From NCBI GenBank assembly GCA_963707955.1, contig OY970176.1, forward strand, positions 640,001-704,000: DNA of 64,000 bases. The letters are read 5' to 3'. Numbering within the stretch: the stretch's first letter is position 1; each line of letters starts with the position of its first letter. The notes beneath the pieces were generated by a model that saw nothing but the letters and a program-made list of their open reading frames with translations, searched no databases and had not been told where the DNA came from. This DNA is from Candidatus Bathyarchaeota archaeon (lineage in GTDB: Archaea > Thermoproteota > Bathyarchaeia > Bathyarchaeales > Bathycorpusculaceae). Positions 29,168 through 38,953 of this stretch are shown piece after piece. A program made the translations under genes and the position numbers.

Positions 29168-29214
29168 GACAAACATATATGTTTGTCATGTTCGTTTTAT
29201 GTAAATAAAACGAA
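29168..29214. repeat. Perfect 20-bp palindrome plus island palindrome copy 5
   Basis: GACAAACATATATGTTTGTC (29168-29187) and TTCGTTTTAT-GTAA-ATAAAACGAA (29191-29214). Confidence 0.85.
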
Positions 29215-29284
29215 AACGTTATAACTACTTATCGGCGACAAAAATCGTTTTCACAGAAGAAAATCCAGATTTGGAGATTGGACA

Positions 29285-29305
29285 AAATCTCACACCCCGC
29301 GCCAA
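29285..29305 (+). repeat. attR core
   Basis: AAATCTCACACCCCGCGCCAA duplicates the tRNA-Ser 3' end. Confidence 0.9.
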
Positions 29306-29751
29306 TTCCGCGTGTTATTTGAAATCTTTCTTTAGCGCGCTGCCTTGTCGCTTTATTATGCGTGCACACTTGAACAGCCACGTAGCCCCGCATCCAACAT
29401 GAACGGCTTCATCGTTTTCAACGATGCTCGTCGACTGTATATGCAAAATGTATATGCTTTTTGTATATGCTCTTACGTGCGCGCTATTGGCGAATTCAGG
29501 GACAAGCCAGCGCGCGGGCTAAACAGCTAGAAGAGGAAATGCCAGAAGAAGAGGAATGAAAGTGAAAGATTGGGAAAAGCGAACTATTCGCAAATATGCT
29601 AATATGGGAGTCCTTGACCACCGCGTTGACTGTGATTATTTTGTAACGGGAAAGTCTGATATACATTACGGTCATTTCATATTCAGAATTAGCGCGCGCG
29701 ACAACAACCGCGTAGATGAATCAAACAGTGATTTAGGAAAGTGAGAGCATC

Positions 29752-31026
29752 ATGGAAGGAAAATCGATTGATGTTGACAAGACCGTGATGGAACTGGTTA
29801 TGACCGATGATCCAGCGAAGAAGAAGCAACTAGCCAAAACAATCTTTGACATCGCGTACGAAGAAGGGAGTTACCCATCGAGCATCCATGAATTCTACAT
29901 GGCCCGCGGCAGAGGCGAATTCGGCGGTTTCACAGTCCCCGCGATAAACCTGAGAAGCCTGACTTATGATCTGGCTCGCAGAATATTCAGAGTAGCCAAA
30001 AGAAACAACTCTGGCGCATTCATCTTTGAGATAGCCAGGTCCGAGGTGGGCTACACAAATCAGTCGCCGACAGAATATGCAGCCATGGTCATGGCGGCTG
30101 CGGTAAAGGAAGGCTATTCCGGTCCGATCTTCATCCAAGGAGACCATTTTCAGGTCAACGCCGCCAAATACAGAGAGAAGCCAGATAAAGAGATAGAAAG
30201 CTTGCAAGCTTTGATCACCGACGCAATCAGCTCAGGCTTCTACAACATCGACATCGACTCGTCGACGCTAGTGGACCTGTCCAAGCCTGACCCGAAAGAA
30301 CAACAGCTTCTCAATTTTGAGATCTGCGCAAAATTGACACAGTTCATTCGCCACATTGAGCCAAAGGGGATTACAGTTTCCGTGGGTGGCGAGATTGGGG
30401 AAATTGGACATCAGAATTCAACGCCCGAAGACCTGAGTACATTCATGGCAGGCCTAAAAGACATGTTACCCAGGGGACTGGCTGGAATAAGCAAAATCTC
30501 AGTCCAGACTGGAACAACTCACGGAGGAGTAGTACTCCCCGACGGCTCAATCGCGCAAATAGACCTCGACTTCAACGCTCTAAGGACCCTTTCGGAGATC
30601 GCCCGCAAAGAGTACGGGTTGGCAGGGGCCGTGCAGCACGGCGCATCAACCCTTCCGCTTCAGGCATTCCACAATTTCGTTGAGTGCGAGACAGCTGAAG
30701 TCCATCTGGCGACAGAGTTCCAGAACATGATCTATGAATCAAAACACTTTCCGGCTGATCTAAAGAAGAAAATCTACGAATGGCTGAAAACCAACGCCGC
30801 AAACGAAGCCAAACAAGGCGAAACAGAGGAGCAATTCCTCTATAAAACCCGAAAAAAAGCCCTTGGACCATTCAAGAAAGAGTTCAACGGTCTGCCACAA
30901 GAGACGCGAGATGTAATCGCAGCAGAAATAGAGAACAAATTCGACCTGCTCTTCAGACAACTTAACGCCGTAAACAAAACGGACTTAGTCAACAAGTACG
31001 CGCATGCGCGCTCTTCCCTTGCATAG
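29752..31026 (+). CDS. Class II fructose/tagatose-bisphosphate aldolase-family protein (long form)
   Basis: VPAIN, IQGDH, DIDSS, GGEIGEIG, GTTHGG, QHGAS. Confidence 0.85.
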   Translation: MEGKSIDVDKTVMELVMTDDPAKKKQLAKTIFDIAYEEGSYPSSIHEFYMARGRGEFGGFTVPAINLRSLTYDLARRIFRVAKRNNSGAFIFEIARSEVGYTNQSPTEYAAMVMAAAVKEGYSGPIFIQGDHFQVNAAKYREKPDKEIESLQALITDAISSGFYNIDIDSSTLVDLSKPDPKEQQLLNFEICAKLTQFIRHIEPKGITVSVGGEIGEIGHQNSTPEDLSTFMAGLKDMLPRGLAGISKISVQTGTTHGGVVLPDGSIAQIDLDFNALRTLSEIARKEYGLAGAVQHGASTLPLQAFHNFVECETAEVHLATEFQNMIYESKHFPADLKKKIYEWLKTNAANEAKQGETEEQFLYKTRKKALGPFKKEFNGLPQETRDVIAAEIENKFDLLFRQLNAVNKTDLVNKYAHARSSLA

Positions 31027-31352
31027 TGCACGCTGGAACCCGTCAGTTGACAAGTATAAGACAACGCGGCCGCTCGTCAAGAGTATCTTCGTGTACTTAC
31101 TTCTTTTCAGCATCTACGGTTCTCCAACACTACACTTTGCCATGATGTGACAGTGATCGTGGTCACCATGCAACCACAAGCCACAGCGTTCTCTGAATAT
31201 TATCCCGCGCGCACTATTGAATGGTCTGTGAACCGTGGGAGTTGCAGAAGCGTACAAACCTTCCAAGAAACGCAGATAAAAGAGGAGCACAATCTTCTAG
31301 CACAGAACGCGGTATTGGCGCGTGGTGCCGACCTGAATGAGGTAGGAGTGAG

Positions 31353-32051
31353 ATGAGCAGAAGAACAGTCTATTTCCCTCACAGCATGCTGGTTCTCGCA
31401 ATCCTTTTGTTGATACTGGTCGCCGTCGTCGGATTAGTTTTTGTCGGGGTGGTAGGGGTTGCCTTCGCAGACGTCGGGTTCAGCCCCATCGTCATAGTTC
31501 TCATCCTTGTTGCCACTTTCGTCGGAAGTTTTCTCAACATCCCAATTCTGAAACTCAAAGCCTCGGTGCCAATCGTAACGGAAGAATACGTAAGCTTTTT
31601 TGGAGTTATGTACCGAATCCCACAAGTCGAGTACGGTCAAACTGTTACCCTGGTCGCCGTCAACGCTGGAGGGGCTTTGATACCTGCTGCCGTCTCCATT
31701 TACCTGCTCAGCAGAACAGCGCCTGCAACAATTTTGTACAGCATAGTCGGCGTAGCCATCGTCGGATTGATAACTCATGCAGTAGCCAGACCCGTGAAAG
31801 GAGTAGGCATAGTTACTCCAGCGTTCATTCCGCCAATAGCCGCAGCTATAATAGCCATCATTCTCCAACCAGGTTCCGCACGAACAATCGCGTACGTTGC
31901 CGGCGTCCTCGGAACCCTGATAGGCGCAGATCTTACAAACCTCCACGTTATTCCGAAACTCGGCGCGCCCGTCGCCAGCATAGGCGGAGCAGGAACCTTC
32001 GACGGCGTCTTCCTAAGCGGCATAATCGCCGTACTCCTCGCTGGACTGTAA
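31353..32051 (+). CDS. DUF1614-family membrane protein
   Basis: GSFLNIP, AVNAGGALIP, GTLIGADL, SIGGAGTFDGVFL. Confidence 0.85.
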   Translation: MSRRTVYFPHSMLVLAILLLILVAVVGLVFVGVVGVAFADVGFSPIVIVLILVATFVGSFLNIPILKLKASVPIVTEEYVSFFGVMYRIPQVEYGQTVTLVAVNAGGALIPAAVSIYLLSRTAPATILYSIVGVAIVGLITHAVARPVKGVGIVTPAFIPPIAAAIIAIILQPGSARTIAYVAGVLGTLIGADLTNLHVIPKLGAPVASIGGAGTFDGVFLSGIIAVLLAGL

Positions 32052-32150
32052 GGCTTGACTTACCAAGGTTGACTTCAGATCACAAGTGTACCTAGCACGT
32101 ACTGGCGAATTCTCTCAGCTGCTTTTCGGTGAGTCCTTCTCCGCGCGCGC

Positions 32151-32497
32151 TATAACTACTTGATTTTTGTCCGCTATTTGATGGGCACTGCTATCTGGTT
32201 TCTCCATTTCATCGAATCGCGTAATATTTCTTTGCTTCTTTTGTGCCGAAATCAGATTTGATGTTCTTCCTAGATATTAGACCTCAAGAAGCCTTCAGAA
32301 GAATACTGCAGACACGCAGAAAAAGGGAAATGTTTGAAAGCATGAATGAACTCCGCAAAGTCAGGGCAAAAGGGCTCTTGCTTCCGTTGATTGGCAAATG
32401 GAAGATCATTGATGCAAACAAGTCAATAGAGGAAGTCGGAACGGAGATCCGCAAAAAGCTTGCGCTAGGAGATACCGCGCGCGCTCTCGTCCGCTGA
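32151..32497 (+). pseudogene. Thymidylate-kinase-like C-terminal remnant
   Basis: YLIFVRYLMGTA, frameshift, then PKSDLMFFLDIRPQEAFRRI...EMFES...IIDANKSIEEV; P-loop absent. Confidence 0.6.
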
Positions 32498-33625
32498 TTC
32501 GAAGCTGATTGCATTCTGTTTTCTATGTGACGCTTGGTAGTGAAGAGCCTGCACATGCTGTGAGTGGTTGTAGATCCAAGCTCCATTCTTGAAGAACTGG
32601 TAAGGGATCGTCTCTCTTGACCATTTGCCCACTCGCAAGTCTTGAAGTACGTAGTCGTAACTCTCTAGGAGGTGTGCTCTCGCGAGGCTCGATAGGGCAT
32701 CAATGAAGTTTCTGAATTCTTGTCGTGGAAGATAAATCTGTGAGACCAGCGAGTTTTCGTTCAATATCTTGCCCAGGATGAACACGAAGGGTTTGTTCAG
32801 CAGAGATCGGGCAAACTTGCTCATTTTTTGTTTGTCGCTGAACTTGAAAGTGAAAAAGAGCATGTCGGAAGTTGCTCTATCAAACGGCAGTATGGCCATT
32901 TGGAAAGTCTCGATCAGTCCATGTTTGACAACGTGTGTTTTGTAATGATAGCGTACATTCTGCAACGATGTTCCAAGTTTCCTGGCGATAGAGGCCAAGC
33001 TCACGGTTGCGTCTTTCTCCAGTTCCCCTATTATGAACATGTCAGTTTCATCAGCTCTCAAAGGAAAATCTCCAGGGTCCTTCAACGTGTAGGGCAATTC
33101 ATCATCCGCTGAAGAAACCTCCTCCAACCATTCTTTCCACCGAAAGAGCCAAGTCTCTCCTTCACCGTCAAACCAGTTTCTCGTAAGGTTAACCGTGTGA
33201 AAACAGGTAGACCAGGATAATTCAATGCTCTGTGTCACTCCCATTCTTTCTACCTCTTCGACGAAATCCTTGAATTCAGCCGTGTGCTCCACGGGAATCA
33301 CATAGATTCCCACGCATCCTTCAAACAGGCCGAAGCATCGGCTTAGGTAGATATAGAACTTGTTCACCTTCAGGCAGTTGAAAAGGAGATCCTCCTGCCC
33401 GGGAGTCGCTTTCGCAAAGACCACTGCCTTTTTCAGCCCGAGATTTGTGTGATAAACGGTCGTACCCAGATTCAGGAAAAAAAGCGAGGACATGCGTTCT
33501 ATCCTTGATACCACCGTTCCTCTCGGCATGTCGAGTTCTCTTGCGACCTTTGAGATGTTTCTTGGACCGTATTCTGCAAGACCCTCGAGGACTTTGATGT
33601 CACGGCTGTCAAGGTTAGCGGGCAT
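32465..33625 (-). CDS. Lrp/AsnC-like regulator with duplicated wHTH
   Basis: LDSRDIKVLEGL...NISKVARELDMPRGTV and DETDMFIIGELEKDATVSLASIARKLGTS. Confidence 0.85.
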   Translation of the reverse strand: MPANLDSRDIKVLEGLAEYGPRNISKVARELDMPRGTVVSRIERMSSLFFLNLGTTVYHTNLGLKKAVVFAKATPGQEDLLFNCLKVNKFYIYLSRCFGLFEGCVGIYVIPVEHTAEFKDFVEEVERMGVTQSIELSWSTCFHTVNLTRNWFDGEGETWLFRWKEWLEEVSSADDELPYTLKDPGDFPLRADETDMFIIGELEKDATVSLASIARKLGTSLQNVRYHYKTHVVKHGLIETFQMAILPFDRATSDMLFFTFKFSDKQKMSKFARSLLNKPFVFILGKILNENSLVSQIYLPRQEFRNFIDALSSLARAHLLESYDYVLQDLRVGKWSRETIPYQFFKNGAWIYNHSQHVQALHYQASHRKQNAISFESADESARGIS

Positions 33626-33641
33626 TCTTTCCTCGCCTCTA

Positions 33642-33806
33642 TCAAGCTCGTTTGGACTTCGTTATTAACTTTATGGTCCAACTGGTGTGTTGATCGGATC
33701 TGCGTGTGCCTTCACAGAGGCAAGAGACAAGGCAACCAAGCCTATTTGAAGCACTATCACGATTGCCTTCCAGTGTCGAGTTACAAACGTTCTCCAGTTC
33801 AAGCAT
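33642..33806 (-). CDS. Small Cys-containing peptide upstream of the regulator
   Basis: Strong SD AGGAGGTGAT just before ATG 33806; 54 aa. Confidence 0.45.
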   Translation of the reverse strand: MLELENVCNSTLEGNRDSASNRLGCLVSCLCEGTRRSDQHTSWTIKLITKSKRA

Positions 33807-33816
33807 ATCACCTCCT

Positions 33817-33860
33817 TTTATTTTTGTCGACAAATAAGCCTTAGCTTCGACAAAAATAAA
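33817..33860. promoter_or_regulatory. Perfect 14-bp inverted repeat (candidate operator) in a divergent promoter region
   Basis: TTTATTTTTGTCGA-N16-TCGACAAAAATAAA next to TTATATAT. Confidence 0.65.
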
Positions 33861-33893
33861 GCTTATATATGTTCTATTCTAGAACTAAACTCC

Positions 33894-34232
33894 ATGTCCG
33901 CCGACCCAGACGTCGAACAGAGAATTCTGCAGTGTGTTGATGAGGCCCTAGGGACACTTGGAAAGAGTGGAAGAAAGGCCCTCCTCCTCCATCTTGAAAA
34001 GAGCGCGGGTATCAAGAGAAAAGAGATTTCTACAAAGCCGGAACTGTTCTGCAATGAGTTGAACCTGATTCTGGGAAGACAGGGAGCAGTTCTGATCAGC
34101 AAGTTAATTGTCAAGAAACTACTCACAGGCTTTGGACTGCGACAGAAGTCAGACCTGACTGTTACCGAAACCATCAAATTGATCAAAGCAACGCAGGAGA
34201 AACCTCGCCATGTTGCAGGAAGCGGTCTTTAG
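33894..34232 (+). CDS. Small helical archaeal hypothetical protein (DUF3227-like)
   Basis: CVDEALGTLGKSGRKALLLHLE...KPELF...LILG pattern. Confidence 0.6.
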   Translation: MSADPDVEQRILQCVDEALGTLGKSGRKALLLHLEKSAGIKRKEISTKPELFCNELNLILGRQGAVLISKLIVKKLLTGFGLRQKSDLTVTETIKLIKATQEKPRHVAGSGL

Positions 34233-34417
34233 GAAAATAAAGCCTTCTCTTTCAAGAGAGGCCACGTAACCGCCCGGCTTCGAATGTTATACAGACCAAC
34301 ACTTCTTGGCCGCCCCTGCCTGCTCTGAACCAGAGAGTCTTTGTGATGAAAAACGATAACTTTGCAGAAGACGTATTTAGATTCAGCGTATTGGTTTTGG
34401 AGACAAGGTGAACATCT

Positions 34418-35149
34418 CTGAAGCATAAAAGAGGGTATAAGCGCGGCTATCCTGTGGCAATCCTAGGAGGATTAGAAGACGACCGAGCGGTCTTATGGAA
34501 GGTATTCAGCAATGTTGTCAAGCCTGAAAAGACCGTCTGGCTTGACGGAACCAGGAACGACCCGAAAGCCGTGTACAACTTTCATGAATCAATCGTCAAC
34601 GCGCTGAGACCCACGCTGAAAGAAGGCGTCAGAAGCGTCATCCTTGCATCCCCCGCGAGGACCAATTACGCCCAAAGATTCATCGATCACATTCACGGGC
34701 ACCACGCATGGCTAGTCCAAGGCCCAAACAAAGCAACATTCTCTGAGATAACTGGATCCGCTGGCACACTGCCTGAAGTAGCCGCCCTAACAAGGACTCC
34801 CACGTTCCACCGACTGATCTCCGAAACCACGTCAGAGGAGACCGAAGACCTCATTGACATGCTGGAAAAACATCTCAACTCTTCAAATCAGGACAAAGTT
34901 GCACTGTATTCGCTTATGGAAATAGAAGACCTGATCCTTGGGCCGCAGAAGCCCAGCAGATTTACGGCTGAATACCTAATGCTTACCGACGAGTACCTTT
35001 CAAACAGCCACGAAAAGAACAGAATACACAGGCTGATGCAGATCGCCACTAACAGAAATGTTAAAACAAGGATAGTTGACGCAGAATCAACAGCAGGTCT
35101 ACGCCTTAAGCAACTGGGCGGAATGGTCTGTCTTGCACACCTCAAATAA
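34418..35149 (+). CDS. Pelota/eRF1 domain 2-3-like protein (probable CTG start)
   Basis: VILASP, ALYS..EIE, LMLTDEYL, IVDAESTAGLRLKQLGGMV; SD AGGTGA before CTG 34418. Confidence 0.7.
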   Translation: MKHKRGYKRGYPVAILGGLEDDRAVLWKVFSNVVKPEKTVWLDGTRNDPKAVYNFHESIVNALRPTLKEGVRSVILASPARTNYAQRFIDHIHGHHAWLVQGPNKATFSEITGSAGTLPEVAALTRTPTFHRLISETTSEETEDLIDMLEKHLNSSNQDKVALYSLMEIEDLILGPQKPSRFTAEYLMLTDEYLSNSHEKNRIHRLMQIATNRNVKTRIVDAESTAGLRLKQLGGMVCLAHLK

Positions 35150-35625
35150 GCAGGCGTGGAATGTGCACATGCTCAAGTGCTTCAAGATTAGCCGCCTGCC
35201 ACCAATTGCACTTCTCTTGCCCCGTCGACGAATTCCGCTCCACAATCAATACGCTTCTGAGCGTACCAATGCATCTCTTGCTTCAACTTCCATTGGAGCC
35301 TCCCCCAATAATTAGCTTTACAGTCGTGCAGTTGCTAATAGTAATTATCCACGAATCGAGTGTTAAGGCCAACGTTTCTGGTAGGCGCCTCTTCTGCGGC
35401 AGAAGCAAAACAGACTTTCTCGACTTTGGCAAGAATGCTAGGTTGAAGAGTACTAGAGGTCAGAAAGCTCAATACAAATAGCAACATGTACTGGCGCGTG
35501 GCTGTTTTTCCGGCAAAAAGCTGAATAAGTCTTATCTCAAGTGTGCTCATTGAGTTACGAGCTGGCGTGCCGGTGAGGCTTATCGGCAACCACCAACACT
35601 GGAATACAGTTCGGCGGAGAGAGAA

Positions 35626-36605
35626 ATGTCAGACTGGGTCCGACAGCTGAGGTTCAACCCTATTCCCATCTTGATCAAATCTGAAAACAAGGCGATTTCC
35701 TACTTTGCAGGGCGAGACCTTTTGGAGCAGCCTGCAGAACCTGTTTATGCGCTCTGGAGGCTTCCAGAAGTGACTGAGCTACTTGACAAGCAGAAGATAA
35801 ACGGCTCATGGAAATATCACGGCGGAAAAGAAGCCATTCGTTCGCAGGAAAACTATGATCAACTTGAAACATACAGAACACTCGGAATACTCGTGGAAAA
35901 GTACGGTTTCACTTCCGAACATCTGCCATACAGGAAGCCGCCGATTTCCTCTTCAGCTTTCAAACTGCAGAAGGAGACTTCAGAGGAATCTACGCAAACC
36001 AGTACACTCCCAACTACTCAGCGGCGATAATGGAGCTTCTCATCAAAGCAGGATATTATGGTGATGAACAAATAGAAAAGGGATTCAAATGGTTGCTGGA
36101 CATGCGGCAGAACGACGGCGGATGGGCAATACCGACCAGAACGCTACGCGGAGAAGACGCTCCAACCCTCACGCAGGCCATGAGAAAGCGAGAACCGATT
36201 CAGCCAGACAAGTCAAAACCCTTCTCACACCTAGTAACGGGCATAGTCCTGCGCGCTCTCGCTGCACACCCAAGATACCGAAATACAGAAGAAGCCAGAC
36301 GCGCCGGGGAACTCCTGAAGTCGAGATTCTTTAAACCAGACACTTACCCAGACCGAAAAGCCCCAAGCTTCTGGACCAAGTTCACGTATCCCTTCTGGTT
36401 CACAGATTTGCTGTCTTCACTCGACTCGCTCTCCCTAATGGGGTTCACAAGCGAAGACCCACATGTAGAAGAAGCCGTCCGATGGCTCATTGACAGACAG
36501 CAAGAAGACAGCCTCTGGAGAGTCAAACTGCAAAAATCAGGGGGAGACAAAAACCTGAAACTCTGGGTCAGCCTGGCCATCTGCAGAGTCTTCAAAAGGC
36601 TCTAA
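35626..36605 (+). pseudogene. Prenyltransferase/squalene-cyclase repeat protein, frameshifted
   Basis: QxxxGxW repeats (QKINGSW, QNDGGW); frame switch near 35922 restores AIQEAADFLFSFQTAEGDFRG joined to the ORF at 36030. Confidence 0.75.
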
Positions 36606-36832
36606 AAAGTCCTCCGGACTGGTCGTGGACGCTGAAAACCGAAGAGAGTAGGCGTGTTAGAGGAGGCAAAACACGAAACACAGGCGCTGTTAAACAGCGC
36701 GAGTATCGTCTGCGTTTGAGACAAGATTCTATTTGAGGCAGTTTTCAAGCCATTTTACGTTGTCTTTAACACGGACAGACTTTTATCTCCTAAAACCGCA
36801 TAAGAGATGCAGAACAAAATCACTCGCAGAGG

Positions 36833-37807
36833 ATGATAAGTCCGTTGAAAACCATAGGTGTTGTAACGAGCGGCGGTGACGCGCCGGGCATGAACGCTGC
36901 CATCCGGGCTATAACTCGCATAGCCTATTCGAAGAACCTTCAGGTTCTAGGTTTTGAGAGAGGCTGGGAAGGCTTGATAACGAACAGCTCTAGACCACTG
37001 ACCCCCAGATCCGTCGGCGGCATAATACAGCTCGGCGGCACGATTCTGCACACGTCAAGATCCTTAGAGTTCAAGACGCCAGAAGGCATCAACAAGGCCG
37101 CCGAAACTCTTGCTTCAAGAAGCATTGACGCACTCGTGGTCATCGGAGGAAACGGCTCCCTTCACGGAGCATTGGACTTGAGCAGGGAAACAGACAGTCT
37201 CATAGTCGGAGTGCCAGCGTCGATCGACAACGATGTCTTTGGAACAGACGAAACGATAGGCTTCGACACGGCTTTGAACACCGCAGTCAATGAAATCGAC
37301 AAGATAAGAGACACAGCCATCTCACACGAGAGGATCTTCATAGTTGAGGTCATGGGGCGAGCAAGAGGCTTCCTCGCAGCAACCGTGGGGCTGACGGTCG
37401 GAGCAGAGATAATCTTGGTTCCGGAGGTTAAGGTTGAAACGAAAAAAATCGTCGAAAGACTAGAAGAGAACAGCGCCAAAGGAAAAAAATCGGGCATAAT
37501 AGTTGCAGCAGAGGGAATCGGAGACACACGCAAGCTCGGAGAAGACATCGAGAAAGAAACGCGAACAGAGGTCAGGCTGACCGTCCTAGGCTACGCTCAA
37601 AGAGGAGGAAGCCCTTCGGCCAGAAGCCGACTTCTAGCTAGCCTCTTTGCAAACGAGGCCGTTGAGCTGGCCACGAAAAATCGAGGAAACAGAATAGTCG
37701 GACTCCAAAACGGCAACGTAACGAGCATGGACCTCGAAAAATCATGCAGCAAAGAGAAGCCTCTAGACTTGAACCTGTTGAGTCTGGCAAACGTGCTGGC
37801 AACTTAA
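36833..37807 (+). CDS. pfkA: 6-phosphofructokinase (ATP-type signature)
   Basis: TSGGDAPGMN, GGNGS, PASIDND, EVMGR, LGYAQRGG. Confidence 0.92.
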   Translation: MISPLKTIGVVTSGGDAPGMNAAIRAITRIAYSKNLQVLGFERGWEGLITNSSRPLTPRSVGGIIQLGGTILHTSRSLEFKTPEGINKAAETLASRSIDALVVIGGNGSLHGALDLSRETDSLIVGVPASIDNDVFGTDETIGFDTALNTAVNEIDKIRDTAISHERIFIVEVMGRARGFLAATVGLTVGAEIILVPEVKVETKKIVERLEENSAKGKKSGIIVAAEGIGDTRKLGEDIEKETRTEVRLTVLGYAQRGGSPSARSRLLASLFANEAVELATKNRGNRIVGLQNGNVTSMDLEKSCSKEKPLDLNLLSLANVLAT

Positions 37808-37908
37808 GACCTCACGAAATTTGCATCGACGCACAGTGTACAACGTTCGTCTGTGCCATCGAAGCTGCATGCTGTGGAAAGCAGCGTTGAGCACGAGTTG
37901 GCAAATTC

Positions 37909-38937
37909 TTAGCCAAAAAACAGGCTTGCTATGTCGTAGAGTTCCAGATCCACCGGTTTCCTCTTTCCGACGACTTCCTTAAGCGGAACGGACACTATCT
38001 TGTTTCCTTTGATGGCGACCATACGGTCAAACTTTCCCTCATGAACCAGGTCTATAGCTGCGATTCCGAATCTCGTGGCCAATATCCTGTCGAAGGCTGT
38101 CGGGGAGCCGCCCCGCTGAAGATGGCCCAGAACGACGACCCGTGTTTCGATGTTCAAGCATTTTTCGATTTCCTTGCCGAGGTAGTAGCCAACGCCTCCC
38201 AAGCGGATGTGGCCGAACTCGTCGACGCTTTCGCTGTAGACAATTTCAACGCCGCCTTTAGGTTTGGCTCCTTCGGCAACGACTATTAGGCTGAAGTTTC
38301 TGCCTCTCCTCTGTCTCTGTCTGATGCACTCACACACTTCGTCTATGTCGAAGGGTTTCTCAGGGATCAGTATGACGTCTGCGCCGCCGGCTAATCCAGC
38401 TTCTAACGCTATCCACCCGGTGTATCTGCCCATGACTTCGAGGATAATCACCCTGTGATGTGTCTCGGCCGTCGTGTGAAGCCTGTCCAGCGCCTCGGTG
38501 GCAACGCCGACCGCCGTCATGAAGCCAAACGTGTAGTCCGTCCCAGCCAAGTCGTTGTCGATGGTTTTGGGCACGCCGACACACTTGAGTCCAAGCTCGC
38601 CCATCTTCTGGGCTACGCTCAGAGTGTCGTCCCCACCGATGACAACAAGGGCTCCGATGCCAGCCGTTCTCGCGTTCTCCATAATTCTTTCAAATCCCTT
38701 TTCTCTCTTGAAGGGGTTCGTTCTAGAAGTGCCCAGAATTGATCCTCCCCTAGGGAGAATGCCTGAAGCTGCCTTAAGATCTAACGACAAGTATTCGCCT
38801 TCGATGAGTCCAGCCCAGCCGTCCTTTATGCCGATTATCTCGTAGCCGTAGTTCTGTATGCCCTTCTTGACCACGGCTCTTATGACGGCGTTGATTCCGG
38901 GAGCGTCACCGCCTCCGCTTAAGACTCCAACCTTCAT
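37909..38937 (-). CDS. pfkA: 6-phosphofructokinase (PPi-type signature)
   Basis: Start MKVGVLSGGGDAPG at 38937; GGDDT, PKTIDND, EVMGR, LGHLQRGG. Confidence 0.92.
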   Translation of the reverse strand: MKVGVLSGGGDAPGINAVIRAVVKKGIQNYGYEIIGIKDGWAGLIEGEYLSLDLKAASGILPRGGSILGTSRTNPFKREKGFERIMENARTAGIGALVVIGGDDTLSVAQKMGELGLKCVGVPKTIDNDLAGTDYTFGFMTAVGVATEALDRLHTTAETHHRVIILEVMGRYTGWIALEAGLAGGADVILIPEKPFDIDEVCECIRQRQRRGRNFSLIVVAEGAKPKGGVEIVYSESVDEFGHIRLGGVGYYLGKEIEKCLNIETRVVVLGHLQRGGSPTAFDRILATRFGIAAIDLVHEGKFDRMVAIKGNKIVSVPLKEVVGKRKPVDLELYDIASLFFG

Positions 38938-38953
38938 TCGGGCGGTTCTCCAT

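Larger units (their letters stand above)
14734..29305. mobile_element. tRNA-Ser-integrated element / defence-type genomic island (~14.6 kb)
   Basis: Direct att repeats, integrase immediately after the tRNA, visibly AT-richer cargo (especially 25-29 kb); no capsid, conjugation or replication genes recognised. Confidence 0.9.

Noticed and set aside
29037-29214. CRISPR array
   Set aside because: The repeats are palindromic sites with irregular spacing and no spacer periodicity.
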